From positions 3,844,001-3,908,000 of the forward strand of contig NC_089430.1 in assembly GCF_026210795.1 (NCBI RefSeq): a stretch of 64,000 nucleotides of DNA, in the 5' to 3' direction. The notes under the pieces were generated by a model. It was not told the DNA's origin. It worked only from the letters and a program-made list of their open reading frames with translations, and ran no database searches. This document shows, piece after piece, positions 1-14,291 of the stretch (position 1 is its first letter; every line of letters begins with the position of its first letter). A program made the translations under genes and the position numbers. The stretch is from Rhizophagus irregularis (taxonomy: Eukaryota).

Positions 1-110
1 TTTAAAAATTAAGCAGTATCAAGGAAAATTCTTGCGAATTTTTCTTAATACTGCTTAATTCTAATTTGACTAATTTAGTATTAAGGCTTTAATTTAAAAA
101 TTAAGCAGTA
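1..110. repeat. ~90-bp AT-rich tandem repeat family (continues at 925-966 after a MITE insertion)
   Basis: Unit ...tttaatttaaaaattaagcagtatcaaggaaaattcttgcgaatttttcttaatactgctt... seen at 1-60, partly at 85-110, at 925-966, and again at 2070-2330. Confidence 0.8.
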
Positions 111-924
111 CGGTGCAGAACCTCTATAATAGGAACTTAAAAAAATTTAAATAAAATTTGATTCTATGATTGAATTTTAATTTTATAAAAAGAATTAAAC
201 TCTATTTGTTAAAAGGAATTTATTTAAAAAATAAAAAAAAAGTCTCAATTTTTTAGATTATGTAAGCATCATGTGATACATATATTAGCCAATCAGAAAT
301 TAGGATTTTATTAATTATATGATATAAAAATTTATATAATATATTTGTTTATTGTATTTCATTATAAACTGATGATTGATGAATCAGGTACATAATAATG
401 AGATTTATATTTTATTATATGCATTTTTTGATTAAATTAAAGTAAAATTACTTAATTTTTGAATTCTTTTGTTTATAAATTTATCATCTGAACTGTCTTT
501 TAAATATCATTATTTATAACATTAAATTAACCTATACTTAAATAATTTTGTTTATTAATTTTTTTTTTTGCAATATTAGAACTTTTTTTTCTTTTTAGCA
601 TATTGAAAAAAAAATCTGAAGTAAAATAATAATTAATATTACATTAAATGTGGTTAAAAAAGATCTGTAATGCAAAAATTAGACTAGTCTCAATTTTAAC
701 TAAATTTTGTCAGTATATTTAAATTACAGATTTTTAAACAGCTAAAACTTAGCCAAAATTTAATTTAGAAAAAAAATAACTGATAATTTTTAAAGCTAAT
801 GATCATATCTATAAAAATTATCGGTTAAATTTTTTACTTTAATATAAAAAATTTTTTTTTTAGAAATTTATAATCAATCAATTGTTACTATACATAAGTA
901 GTTGAGTATAGAGGTTCTGCACTA
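111..924. mobile_element. Non-autonomous Tc1/mariner/pogo-type MITE with TA target-site duplication
   Basis: Left TIR cggtgcagaacctctata (111-128); right end tatagaggttctgcacta (907-924, terminal CG changed to TA). TA at 109-110 and 925-926. Removing the element restores the repeat unit aagcagTAtcaagg. No coding capacity. Confidence 0.75.
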
Positions 925-2067
925 TATCAAGGAAAATTCTTGCGAATTTTTCTTAATACTGCTTATATCTGCCAATTCGTGAAATTAGCCAAACATAAAG
1001 ATTTGCACATTTTAACAAGAATTATGTTTCACAAGCTTAAATTGTATGTGTTACATAATCAGATGATCTAAATCTATCAAAAAATAAAAAAAAATTTTTT
1101 AACGTTTATTCAAAAATAACAATGGCAACTACTTTCTTTTTCAATCACTTTTCAATCACTTTTCAATCAGATTTTTGTTAGGTGACTTAGAAAAGTTTAT
1201 AGGCATATATAGCAGGTTTTTTTTAATCAGTAAGTAAGAAAACAAATATTAATAATTTTTATTAATTAGAAAAATCTTTTTTCATTTATTTTTAACCTTA
1301 TTCCCTTCTTTTTTTTAGTAAAAATATATACAAAATAAAAATGTGAGTTATGATTTAGAGTTTTTGAGATGGTTTTTTTTGTTTTTTACTATACTAATTT
1401 TATTCTACTTGTTAATTACTTTTTAAAATTGATTTTATTAATTTATTCAATTTAAAACAGAAATGGCAAATAAAAACTTGTTAAGTAAAGTAAAAAGAGC
1501 CCAATAATACCTGTAAAGATCATCTTTTGGTAAGAATTATAATTTTAAAAATTTTTGTGTCAGAGTTTTATTCAATTAACAAAATCGTTAATATCTCGGC
1601 GTACATGTATGTTAAACACATATATTTATATTCATATGAAAGCCCAGAATCTACTCTACCTGAACGAAAAAAGATTATTCAAATCGAATTACTAGATGTG
1701 AAGATATTAACGATCAAAGTCAAAGGTTAAAAATAAATATATTGAACGTAATTATTCAGCAACTTGTGATCCAATTCATGTGATATTTGGTTTATGGATA
1801 GCTCTTGATTACCTCTTTCTAATGAATATAAATTCATTCGTCTAGCACACATACACGTTAAGTTATTCAATATTTTGTCATGACAATTATATTTAAATTT
1901 TTTAATTTTAATGATATTATTAAAAAAATCAAAAAATAATATAATCAAATCAATTTTATTTATATCAGCGGTGTGAATCTATCATTTTCATGTAAATTGT
2001 ATTAGCATTTTCTTAATAAAGTTAGTTTTTTGAATATAAAAACTTAATTCCATAAATCAGTCCATAT

Positions 2068-2330
2068 GTTAATTCTAATTTAACTAATTTAGTAGTATTA
2101 AGGCTTTAATTTAAAAATTAAGCAGTATCAAGGAAAATTCTTGCGAATTTTTCTTAATACTGCTTAATTCTAATTTAACTAATTTAATATTAAAGCTTTA
2201 ATTTAAAAATTAAGCAGTATCAAAGAAAATTCTCACAAATTTTTCTTAATTCTAATTTAATTAATTTAGTATTAAGGCTTTAATTTAAAAATTAAGCAGT
2301 ATTAAGAAAAATTTTTACAAATTTTCTTAT
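2068..2330. repeat. ~3 degenerate tandem copies of the ~90-bp repeat seen at window start
   Basis: Repeated aattctaatttaactaattta...ttaaggctttaatttaaaaattaagcagtat. Confidence 0.8.
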
Positions 2331-2920
2331 TAAAAAAAAGAACTTTTAAATTACTAATTAAACTTTAAAAACAATCTGTATGATTTAAATTTTAAAAAAA
2401 ATACTTCTGCTTTTTAATTTTCGCATTTCTACATTTAACCAATTAAAATTCAGCTGATCGCCGATCACATGCATTAATAACACGTTATTGTTTATTTTTT
2501 GTTTATTTTTTCTTCTTTTTTTTTAGAAAAAAAAAGACAATAAAAATGAATACCAAAATTATTTTAACATATAATAATAAAAATTAAATAAAAAACTTAT
2601 TTTGATAATATATAATATATATATTTGTACCAAACTACTAATTATACAAAAAGTGATATGCTCGTATATCAATTAACAATTACTTTCACTAATATCTCTC
2701 TGGAATTGTAATGGTGAATTTTAACAATATTAATTAAACAACTATATGTACACCGTTTTATGTTTTTATTTTTATATTAATATTATATGTTAACATATAT
2801 TAATTATATTTTTTTTTACTTTTATGTATTTTATTTAATTTTTTTAATATATTACTAACATTACTACTATCGTTTTATTACTTTTTTATATCTAACTAAT
2901 ATATTAATAATATTACTAAC

Positions 2921-3125
2921 TTTTTATTATTTCTTTTTTATATTTAAAATAATGATAATATTACTAATTAAATTTCTTTTTTTTACTAACCTTTTATTAT
3001 TCCTTTTTTATATTTAAAATAATGATAATATTACTAATTAAATTTCTTTTTTTTACTAACCTTTTATTATTCCTTTTTTATATTTAAAATAATGATAATA
3101 TTACTAATTAAATTTCTTTTTTTTT
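2921..3125. repeat. 70-bp tandem repeat, 3 copies
   Basis: tatttaaaataatgataatattactaattaaatttc starts at 2941, 3011 and 3081 (period 70). Confidence 0.9.
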
Positions 3126-3264
3126 GTTTATATTTTGCTAATATTATTTTTTTTACAAATAGTATATTATTTTATACTAGTTTTTTATTTATATTATTTA
3201 TAAAAAAATATTTGTATATTTAATATTATTTAATAAAAATTTTATTGATTATAAATGCATTTTA

Positions 3265-3662
3265 AATTCTGTTTGCAAATATAAAATATACGATTTAATT
3301 GAATAATATATACTATTTATCAGTACAAAATATGCAGTTTAAACTGGAAAAAAGTACTGTTTATCAGTATAAAATATACGGTTTATCCTGGAAAAGTATA
3401 CTGTTCGCAATATAAAATATAAAACAATATACTGTTTATTGGTATAAAACATACGGTTTTTCTACTGTTTACAAGTATAAAACATACGGGTGAAACTGGA
3501 AAAATATACTGTATGCAAACCGTATATATAATACGGTGTGCAGAATACCGAATATATACAGTATGTGAAAATACTGTAATTATATGGTAATAATACTATA
3601 AATATACTGTTTGCAAAATACGAAAATACAGGATACTAACCGTATATATATTTTTTATAGGG
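3265..3662. mobile_element. Probable terminus of a DNA transposon with subterminal repeats (CMC/EnSpm-like end)
   Basis: Many short atatactgttt / aaaatatacgg / accgtatatata motifs ending in ttttttataggg (3662), where LINE-like sequence starts abruptly. No matching opposite terminus found. Confidence 0.4.
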
Positions 3663-6600
3663 ACATCATCCTTCCATATCTTCACTTTCAGCTCTTTCCT
3701 TGGACAAACTTTGGCACGCTCTTAAACGTTCTATGCTTGGAGGTGCCATAGATTCTTTACCATTTCAACATGTATCCAATACTCATCACCATAAATATTC
3801 TCCTGAGCTTACAATGTTTATTGCTATCAACAAATTCTTGGATAGATTATTGTTTAATTTGACCACAACTAGGATTAGTCGTCCCGCTCAAATTTCGCAA
3901 ATGATTAATTCTTTACCTACACAATTGATTCTTTTGAAATCTCTTTTAACAGATTATACTATACCTACTTATAGTACAACGCCACTTCCTGCTTTTGTCA
4001 AATTTTTGCGTTCACAAAAAGCTCTGGTTTCTGCTTATCTTTCCACACAATTTCATCAACATCGTGTAGATTCCATTGAATACTATATTGCTCTTAGAGA
4101 CGAACATTTCTCTACGTCGTCGGGTTCTTTTATTTCTTCAGCCCTGTCAGTGGAACATCGCTCTATCGTTCTTGATAGAGTCTTGGTTGTAATTGACTCC
4201 AAACCCACACTACTTACCGAGCCTTCAGATATCAAACAAGCTGCTATCAAACATTTCCAATCGGTTGTTACTCCTCCTTTGATCCAATATTTTTCTATTG
4301 ACGAATTTCCTCCACGTTGGCATAGAGCATATACTCCTATTTCTGATATTGACTCGTCTTTATATCACTCGGTCATGCCTCCTATCCTAAGTGAATGGGC
4401 GAACAATTATCAATCTGGCGCCTACCAACAAGCTCCGGTTCCTTCTAAGATCTCTTATGAGATGCTCAAACATTTAACTGAACAAGCTTTCAATTTGTCC
4501 TTTGTATTAGCCAATGCCTGCCTCGTTCATGGAGATATTCCTGCTGATTGGCGTGAAGCGCTTGTTTATCTCATTCCGAAGCCTCATGAATTTGACGCTC
4601 AATTAAAGAATACGCGACCTATCACTTTATTAGAAACCGTTCGGAAATGTGTGGTCAAGGTCGTTACAACTCGTCTTTCAAAAATCCTAGCTGATAACCA
4701 AATACTTCAGGGTGGTAATTTTGCAGGATTACCAGGTGGATCCACTGACATTCCTATCAAAATGCTTGATGCAATTATTCATCAACGCCGCTTTGATAAA
4801 ACTGATGACCAAGAATTATGGATTGTTTCCCAGGACATTTCTAAGGCCTTTGACTCAATTGATCTAAATATGCTCAAATTGGCTTTAATCCGTTTACATA
4901 TCCCGCCTTTGTTGATAAAATTTATTATCAATCTTTTCACCAGACGCAATAACAAAATTATTACTCATTATGGTGATACTTCCGGATATAGAGTTAGAGT
5001 CGGTATCGACCAGGGTGAAATTATTTCCCCGTTATTATGGGTGATTTATTCGGATCCTTTGCTTACAACACTTAACCGAGAAGCTTGTGATCCCTTCCTT
5101 TTGAAATCTTCTGCATTATTGGACTATTCCCCGATTGAATATGAACAACATAACCTTCCTGTCTCACATATTACATTTATGGATGACTCTACTTTGATTG
5201 CTTCATCTAAACGAGGAATTGAAGATCGCCTTTCCATTACAGCTGAATTTTATACTTTAAATAATACTCAAGCCAATTCAGCTAAATATATCCTTCTTTC
5301 TTCTGAACAATTTTCTCAAACTGTAGTGTTTGATCTTTTCCCATCTCCTTTAATCCCAACTTGTACCCTTACTTTAAAAGCTTTAGCTTTATCCAAATCT
5401 TTTCGTTTTTTAGGTGTCTAGTTTTGCCTTTCAGCTTCCTCTCGCTTTGTTCATGATCAAAGTATTTCCATGGTCAAAGACATGGCTGCTCTACTCAGTC
5501 CTAAAAAACTTTTGGCACAACATGTGACATATCTTTATAACGTTGTTTTACTTCCAAAGCTAAAATTTCGCCTAGTACAAACCACAGTATTTGCTGAATC
5601 TACCATTAATCGCATGGTTTCTCCAATACTTTCTCTTGTTCGACAGAAGGCTGGTTTGGTCTCAGTCACTCCTCTTTCCGCGCTTTTTACATTGTTGCCG
5701 TTCTCTATCCAACATGCATTTGGTCGATTTCTATCATCTCATGTGGCTTTATGGCAGAAAATTTTTTCTCATCCTTCATATAAACTTTTTGCCAATTATA
5801 TGATTACTTATCTCCAAGGTTTTTTGGACTGTGATGCCTGTCCTTCTACTATTGACTTGGAACTATGGTCCCATACATTTTCCTTGCGAACGCATTCTTT
5901 GTTCAATTCTTTACTATTCTCTTCTCGATTGAATATCACGTGGTCTTTATTGTTCCGACTTCTGAGAAAAGATTTACGCCCGGCGATTTCACTCCGGTCG
6001 ATTTTACCGAAAGATTTATTTATTTCCATGAAAAATGTTCAAAAAAATTTTGTACTCGTTTTCTTGCCCAATTGGTTACTCCGTGTGGCTCTCGGCTTCT
6101 TTCATGGAAAGATTTACGCTTTCTTAAACGAGTTTCGAACAAAGGATCTGTGCCTGCTTGGTTTAATTATTTATTTAATCTTATTGTTATTTCTAATTCT
6201 CTTTCCTTTTTTGTTTTACCGCAATTTAGAATACCTAATTCTCATACTGTAGCTTCTATTTCCTGTATAGATATTAGTCAAAATTATTTGTTTAATCCTC
6301 AATGGGCTATTTCTTTTAATTGCATTACTAACTCTTTCCTTGTTGGCCGTGTGATCATTACCTATCCTGCTTCGCGAAATGAAGCTCTTATTTCACATTG
6401 GATTGCGTCATCTGTTGATGACTTATTATCCAAATTCACTGCATGCCAAGGTTGTACCTCTGCTATCCCGCGATCCTCTACTTCCAAAACATTGCTTAAA
6501 CGATGTCCCTCTGAAAAGTGCTTCTCTTATGTGCCTCTATCAAGTCTTATCAGATTACCTACGAAGCGCGCTGACTTACATGCACGTGCGGATACTTTCG

Positions 6601-8390
6601 TTCGGTCTTACTTTCCGCCTCGTTAGACTATGCCAAATCTCTATTATTATTTCATCTTTTTGCTCCAGTCCGGCCACTTCCTATGAACAAACAAGTGCCT
6701 GGTATTTCCGATATCCAACTTCCTTCTTCGGTGTCTACATTTTATATCGATGGCTCTTTCCTTCCCCTTTCTAGTCATTTGTTACCTTCGATGGCTTATG
6801 CATGGACTGCTATCAATTCTGATGGATTTATTCTTAAATCTCATTATAATATCATTCCCTCTCTTTTTCCTTCTGCATTGCGTTCTGAAATTTTTGCTTT
6901 ATTACATGGATTGGACTCCCTCCCTCAGAATTCCAAGATTACTGTCACTACTGACTGTGCTCAATTAATTTCCTTATGGTCTACATATATGGACACTCCG
7001 TTTATTCCAAAAATGCTTAAAGAATCCAACCACCTTTTATGGTTCTCGGTACAAGCTATTATTTCACAGAAAAGTCTAGAAGTTACTTTAATCAAGGTTC
7101 CTGCTCACGCTGACGATTCTTTGAATAATCATGTTGATGATTTAGCAAAGCTGCCCATACAGACTCACATCTTTCCCTTCAATCGCCCGCACTTTTGGCT
7201 CCTTGCATCTTACAATTTAACTCTTTACCTGTGGATATGAATATCTGGAAATTTATTGGAGACATTTTTGATGCCAAGAATCTCTTGACTCTTGCTTTAT
7301 TACCAAGATTCAATCTTAATTCCTCTATTTCAAACATTGATTGGGCTTGTACCAAATTTTGTTTTAACAACAAAAAGCTATTTTTCTCCTATCGGAATGG
7401 CCGTTCGGAATTTTGTGCTTTCCGTATTAAGATTTTATTGGATATGCTTCCGACACTCACAACTCTCCAGAAATGAAAACCTCATGTTTATGATACGAGT
7501 TGGCTCTGTCCTCAATGCAACTCTTCTCCTGAGACTTTAGACCACTTATGGACTTGTCCTTATATTTTACCAGAATTTAGTCCTTTTAATACTTTCAAAA
7601 CACTTCTACTGGATCTTCAAACTGTTTATCTTGATAAATTTCTTTCCGCGACTCCTTTGATATCTTTACCAGACTTCTTTGTTGCAGAATTCATGGCTAT
7701 TGATTGTTGGGATTGTGACCCTCCTTCGCCTTCTGTTTTGAGGCTCGCACGTGGTCTTATACCGATATCCCTTACAGGATTTCTTGGAACTTACTTTTCA
7801 TCATCCATTATACGGTCTATTTTAGATGCACCTTTGCATGACTTTCACTTTGATCTTTATGTTCAAATTTGGTTGTGCCGTTCCGTTTTCTTTCATCATT
7901 GGGAATCAGCTCAAGGCATCACTAATAAAATGAAATCGTCCGCTATTGGACCTTCTCCTATTTCTCATCCTTCCTCACAAATTTCTCCTGAATTTTCAAC
8001 ACCTTCTCTGGCAACAGCTTCCTTGGATTCCTGGGTTTCTTGGGTTTCCTTTTATATAATCCGTGGGGGATCTTGGATTTCGCATTTGGATTTTTGGCGC
8101 CGCTTAACAGTTCAGCCTCTACTTAGGATTTCTTTTTGGTAACGGATTGGTTCTTAGGATATGCTGGATAGTTGACTCTCACTGGCCTTCGGGTAAAGTT
8201 GGGGTATGCGTTTCTGTAATAGTTTAGTTTTTCTTTACTTAATTTTATTTTGTTTAGATTTCTTTACTTGTATGAATCGTGAAGCTAGTTCTTTTATTTT
8301 TTATGTTTATTTTTCTATATTCTATTTGTAATATTGTTCAATTTGATTATTGTACTTTTCGTTTAAAAATTATAATAAAAGATAAAGTCA
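3663..8390 (+). mobile_element. Degenerate, 5'-truncated non-LTR retrotransposon (LINE) ORF2: RT, RNase H, CCHC zinc knuckle, 3' UTR
   Basis: RT motifs IPKP...NTRPITLLET, QDISKAFDS, GIDQGEIISPLLW, FMDD in ORF 3700-5421. RNase H motifs YIDGS, SEIFA, TDC, KVPAH..NNHVD in ORF 6683-7240. CPQCNSSPETLDHLWTC at ~7507-7557. Broken by TAG at 5419-5421, TGA at 7474-7476 and frameshifts. No endonuclease or ORF1 upstream; 3' end approximate. Confidence 0.92.
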
Positions 8391-8871
8391 AAAGACTGTT
8401 TGCTCATTATCACCAAATATGGACTGTCCCAAATGTGTGACTATAAAGAAAGTTGACTGTATATACATTTTTTAATAGCCATATTGATTTTCAGTATTTA
8501 TGTATTGTATTATATATTTTTCAATGTTTTTAAGTAGCATTAATTGATAAAAAGTTTGTATTTCAATACTTTTTGGTGTTGAGTAATATATGGTATTTTT
8601 TAACATTTTGATATTATTATTTTATTAATTTGCTAAACTTCTTAGTTTTAATAAACAACTTTAATTAGTATGATACTTTAAAAATGATAGTATAAAGATA
8701 TATATCAAGATGGATTAAATTTGCAAAAAAATTATTGGTATTTATTATAATAAATTTATAAATAAGAGTATCTTATTAATATAAAAATTTATAATAATTT
8801 CAACTATTATCCTATATTTAAAGAAGCTATTTATAAGAAAAACTTATATAATCATATATGAAAATTAGCAT

Positions 8872-9367
8872 AAAAGTGAAAAATCAGGCACCAATCGGTC
8901 ACCAATCAGGTAGCTGATTAGTGCCTGATTGGCATTTTCGCCAAATATCATCACCAATCAGGCAGTTTGCTAACTTTTGATCCAGTGATCAGAAAAGAAT
9001 GAAATATAGCTCATTGGAATCGTCTTAACATGACGAATCTAATGGTAGTAAAATCTCATTTCTAGGATTAATACTTGATGAGAAATTAAGTAAAATATAA
9101 AAATAAAAATGTATCATTTATATTTTATTTAATTTTTTACTAACTATTAATCCTAAAAATGCGATTTTACTACCATTAGATTAGGTCTTTGCTGACGATT
9201 CAATGAGCTATATTTCGATTCTCTGATCAGCAGGATCAAAAGTTAGCAGCTGCTGCAGTGCGACGATATTTGGCAAAAACGCAACTCGATCACGCAAATC
9301 GAATGGCATGTCGTGCTATGGCTTGGTGACCGATTAGTGACTGATTGATGCCTGATTTTTCACTTTT
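8872..9367. mobile_element. ~495-bp foldback (near fully palindromic) MITE-like repeat
   Basis: Left arm aaaagtgaaaaatcaggcaccaatcggtcacc, gctaacttttgatcc, gaaatatagctcattg, atctaatggtagtaaaatc, taggattaata is mirrored on the right by tattaatccta, gattttactaccattagat, caatgagctatatttc, ggatcaaaagttagc, tgcctgatttttcactttt. A second, interrupted copy lies at 37.2-41.6 kb. Confidence 0.85.
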
Positions 9368-12300
9368 CAACCTGTGTAAATTACCACTTTATTTGCAATT
9401 GAATAAGAAAATAATGAAATAACTACTTTTCTCTAAAATTATATTTAGAAGAAAATCTGATTGAAAAGTTAATAAAAATATTATCACTATTATTAAAATT
9501 TTAAGTCCTTTTATTTTTACAATTAATAAAATATTTGCTATTAATAAAAGTTTTACTATTGATAATATTACTAGTGTTTAAACCTATAATCTATTATTAA
9601 TAAATTATAACTGATATCTGTTAATATCAGGTTTATAATTTTAAATTTAATTGACAAATTCTATTTAAATTCAAAAATTGATTATCAAATATAACTAATA
9701 AATAAATATTAGTTATTTTACAGCTAAATAGAATCATGCTTTTTTCATCATTATACTGATATTTTTTTTATTAAGATATAAATAAATTACTATTGCATAA
9801 TTATTATTGATATTTTTTACGTTGTTTAATCAATAGTTTATTATATTTATACAATGATCATTAGTGGCTGCTGAATAATACAATTATTTGATAGGGATAT
9901 TAAAATATTATCTAAACTGCTTCACAGTTCAGTGATATTCTAACCTCCTATTAAATAACTAATATATATCAGTTTGTAATGGATTATTAGATTATTAGTT
10001 TAGTTGAAAAGCTTTTTGCATTTTATATGATGTATTTAATTGATTAAAACTATTATTAACCTCTTAAATCCTGCTATTTAATCTTTATTAAATCATTAAC
10101 TAATTATTATCAGTCTATTAACTAACCTAGTAAGAAACTGTGTCAAATTTTTCTTAGCAGGTGCCAATTCAAATTTATATTACCTTAATGGATCAACTTA
10201 TTTACCTATTAAAAACTTGGATTTAAATATTAAATATTATTTTTATTAGTAAAATATTTAATATTTCTTATAAAATACTAATAAATAAAAGTAATACTAA
10301 TGTTAAATTAAATTTTCAAAATGTGAAAAATCTAAATAAAATTTTCAATAATAAAGAGTAATTACTTCAGTGAAAATATATGAATAGTGTTAAAAAAGTA
10401 AAAAAGTACAAAAAATACCTAAAATTAAAGGCTTTTATAAATGTTATATTTGTAATAAAATAAGGTGCAATGCTACTTTTTACAAAAATATAGGTAATAA
10501 ATAGAGAAAGAAAGAAGGAAATGATAAATAGCAATTGTAAATATATAAAATAAATTTAAAAATTTACTGAAAAAGTATAATATTATATTTATTTAAATAA
10601 AATTTTATAGAGTATTAAATATATTTTAAATTTTAGTTTTATAGAATACTAATACATTTGTTTTATTAATATTAGCCAATTAAAGTTAATAAATCATTTT
10701 ATAATATCAATTAAAATTGAGATATAATTTTTTTCTTTTTTATAAAATTTATATATATTTATACATCCATCTTAGAGGATAGAGGTTAAATTTAAATATT
10801 ATACAAGGATGCTAAATCTAAATTTAATCTTAATAAAATTTATTTAAACAAAAAGCTTTTACCAAGCTTTATAAAAAAAAAAAGTTTATACCTTTTTCTG
10901 TGATGGTTTTCATATGTTGTTGTAAAAGGGGATGTTAATATTCAAATTTAGATTATTAATTATTAAGAAATTCAATGTGTATAATAATTGTTTACAGATT
11001 CAAAATAAAATAAATACTTAAAAATATATTTATATTTCTTTCGTCTAAATCAACAATATTTAATAAAGGATATTATGAAATTTATAAATAAAATTTCAGC
11101 TGCTTAAACATTTATAGTTGTTGAGATATTTAGGTTTTTATCAGTACAACTATTTTCTTAACACTTTATATTATATGAAAGAAAGAAATAATATTTGTAT
11201 AAATTTTTTATATTGCAAAAATTGGGGATTATAATAAAGTTAACTATAATTAATGACTTGTAATTAATTAAAAGTATTATTATTACTAACAAATTAACTA
11301 ATAGTGTAAAAATAAAGGCTAGATTTTTCTCTTAGTAAATTGTGTATGTAGGATAATCCATATACGAATTTTAATAATAATAATAATAGTTCAAATATTC
11401 CATTATATTATTAATCTAGATAAGTAAGTTAAACAACGGTTGATAAAAAAAGCGGAAGACGGAACTGGTTAAACTGGTTTGTTAATAGAAAGAGATCAAT
11501 AATAACCTAGTGCAAAAGTATCAGACTTGACCCACCTGGTGGCATCATCTTGACCCCTTATTGTAAAATATATTATGTGGGCCAAATTAACACCGCGTGG
11601 TTGGTTAAGAAACCCTAGCGGCCTAGCCTCTATCTGCAAGGGGGGATTTCTGAAAATTAATGTCTTAAAATACATTTATCGTAATTAAATTCTTAAAATA
11701 TAATAATGGAATAAATTATTGCATAAATGTCCCATTAAACTTCTATTTTCAGTTTAATAGATGACCATTTATGTCATTAAAATGTGTCTAACTATACCTG
11801 ACTGAGTTCTTATAACAAGTAACATTAGAATAACGATTTATTTAAAGAAAATATATTATTAAATACTCCTTTTTTAAAAAAAAACCATTACTAAGCCCTA
11901 ATATGAGATAGGAATTTTGGAAATAATGTGAAAAATGTACAGCGGTAAATCTACAATCAAGAATAAAATAACGATAATGGGAATATAAATCACGTGTTTA
12001 TTACATAATAGCAAAAAAATTTTCTAATTTCTAAATTGAAATTCATTCTGTAAAAAAGTACGAATAGGTTCACCCTATAGATAGCATTAATATGTAAAAT
12101 TTTCTCATTTTAAATAAAAGTTTTTCTTATTTAAAATAATAACATGGGTAACATGTAACATGGGGTAAAATTTTTAATAATGAACGTATAAGTATGCATG
12201 CAGTTCATAACGATAATAATACTATATCTTTGGCGTACCAAATATTATTTTTCACATGAATTTTAAAAAATTGATATCTTCATCTAAGTTACTTTATTTT

Positions 12301-13538
12301 TCTTTCTTTCAAAGTACCAATGATCATTTTTATAAGACCAGAATTAGTTATTGAATGCACGAAAATCATCCCCCACAAAAATCATTGCCACGTATAGTCA
12401 ATGGTCATTATGTTGTACAGTAATCATATGAACTTTAATGAAAAAAAAAAAATTATAAATTTTATAATCGAGTTTACTTGTTTTTCTTGGATAACAAGTA
12501 TTAAGAATGAATCTTAATTCGGTAACTGAATCATCAAAATGGCTCGAGCAAAAAAAAAAAACCCGGAGTAAATATGGAGATGATAAAAGAAAGAAGAGAA
12601 AGAAGAGAATGATTTACTTGATTAACAGAAACATTGTAAAGAAAGATAACTTCAACAATTGACAGATTACATTATAGAATATAAGAAACGGTTTTCTTTA
12701 CTAATAATTACGTATTACCACTATATTTCACGTGAGATAATTTATTTTTTTTCATGTGTTATTTCTATATTCAACTGCATTGTTTATATTTTTCCATATA
12801 TGCGTTAGGTTTTAACTTTAATTATAATTTTCCAAATATAGTTTAGTTAAATGCATTAATAGACACATTTTGTTGTATATGTTATTTAAAATTCGAATAA
12901 GAAAATTTTTTAATTTTTTTAATCTTTTATAAATATTTATATTTTAACATTTTACACAATGGATTATTTTGTATAATAAAATAAGTTACTTTTAGATCAT
13001 AAGAGAAGAATATTATATATTGTTAAAATTTTAATAAAAATATATTGTTTTTTTTTAAACGAACAAAATAATTGTTTAAATTTAAATTGTTTGTTTTTTT
13101 TCTCCGTTACTCTTCCTTGGCTGTAATACACAAAAATATGCATTGAATGCAACCCCACAATTACTTAACTGGAAAAATTCCCACGATATGATGATCATTG
13201 TGTACATTAATATAAATAAATCGTAACCTTATCCAATTAATTTTTCCACGGTCATCTTTTTTACCACGCTACTAATTTTAGTTTTTAAGATTTTGTTTCA
13301 AGATAATCTAATATTTCTTATTTTCTTGTTCGTTTTTTTTTTTCAAGTCCGGTCAATTCCGATTAAATTTTGGGCGTCATTGAGTTTTTATCACAAAAAA
13401 AATTGGCTGAAAATAATAATACATTTTTTTTCGTTTGTGTAGATCGGCCAAAATATCTAAATGCATATATCTCATATTCTGATGCACATGATACATGCTT
13501 TTTGAAAAAAGAAAGTTTTTGATTTTTTTTCTTTTTAC

Positions 13539-13574
<36 letters not shown>

Positions 13575-14291
13575 ATTATTATTATTAATTTTTTTTGTTC
13601 CAAGTTTTTATTTCAAATATTTCTAAAATATTTATATATATATATTCATTTACATTTTTCCATTTTTTAACAAAAATTTTTGTGGGGGATCGATCCCTAA
13701 AGTTTATAATAACTCTAGGTCCAATTAGGAAGTACATTGTAAATTTAAAATTAGGAGAAGGTTACAGATTTTACATTCAAATTTCGGAGACAATTTTTAT
13801 TAGAGATTCATACCTTTTTTTTTTTTTATTTTGTAAGAAAATTTTTATTTATCGATTACTGACCGCTATTTAAAAAAAAAAGATCTGTGTTCATTTTATA
13901 ATTGTAACTCCTTTCCTAAATTTAAAGTTAAATTATCATCCACTAATATCTGTAGATTTAATAGCTACTTTATATTGTTCGTATAAATAAATACCCCCCT
14001 CCCCTCCCAATTCATTAATTTTAATCCCGAATTTTTTTTTAACAAAGATTATATATTTTCTTTATTTTCTTTCCATTTTTTTTTTTTATAATTAATTTAA
14101 TAATTTTTGTTTATATATTTATTCTTTTCGTTTTTCTCGAAATAACCGAAAAAAACAAGGAAAAGAACAAAATATATAAAAATACCACCACTTTTCTTAA
14201 TTTCCGTTACTAGCTCAACTTAATTTACTACATCCTTAATACCTTAAAAAACAATACCTTTAGTACTTCTATAAGTTTTAAGTTTTAAGAA

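Noticed and set aside
1463..1960. Possible transposase-fragment pseudogene
   Set aside because: Too degenerate; no diagnostic motif could be supported.
1..3125. CRISPR-like array
   Set aside because: Eukaryotic context, tandem units without unique spacers, and no cas genes.
11605..11620. Telomerase RNA template-like aacccta
   Set aside because: Only a 7-nt match with no other supporting structure.
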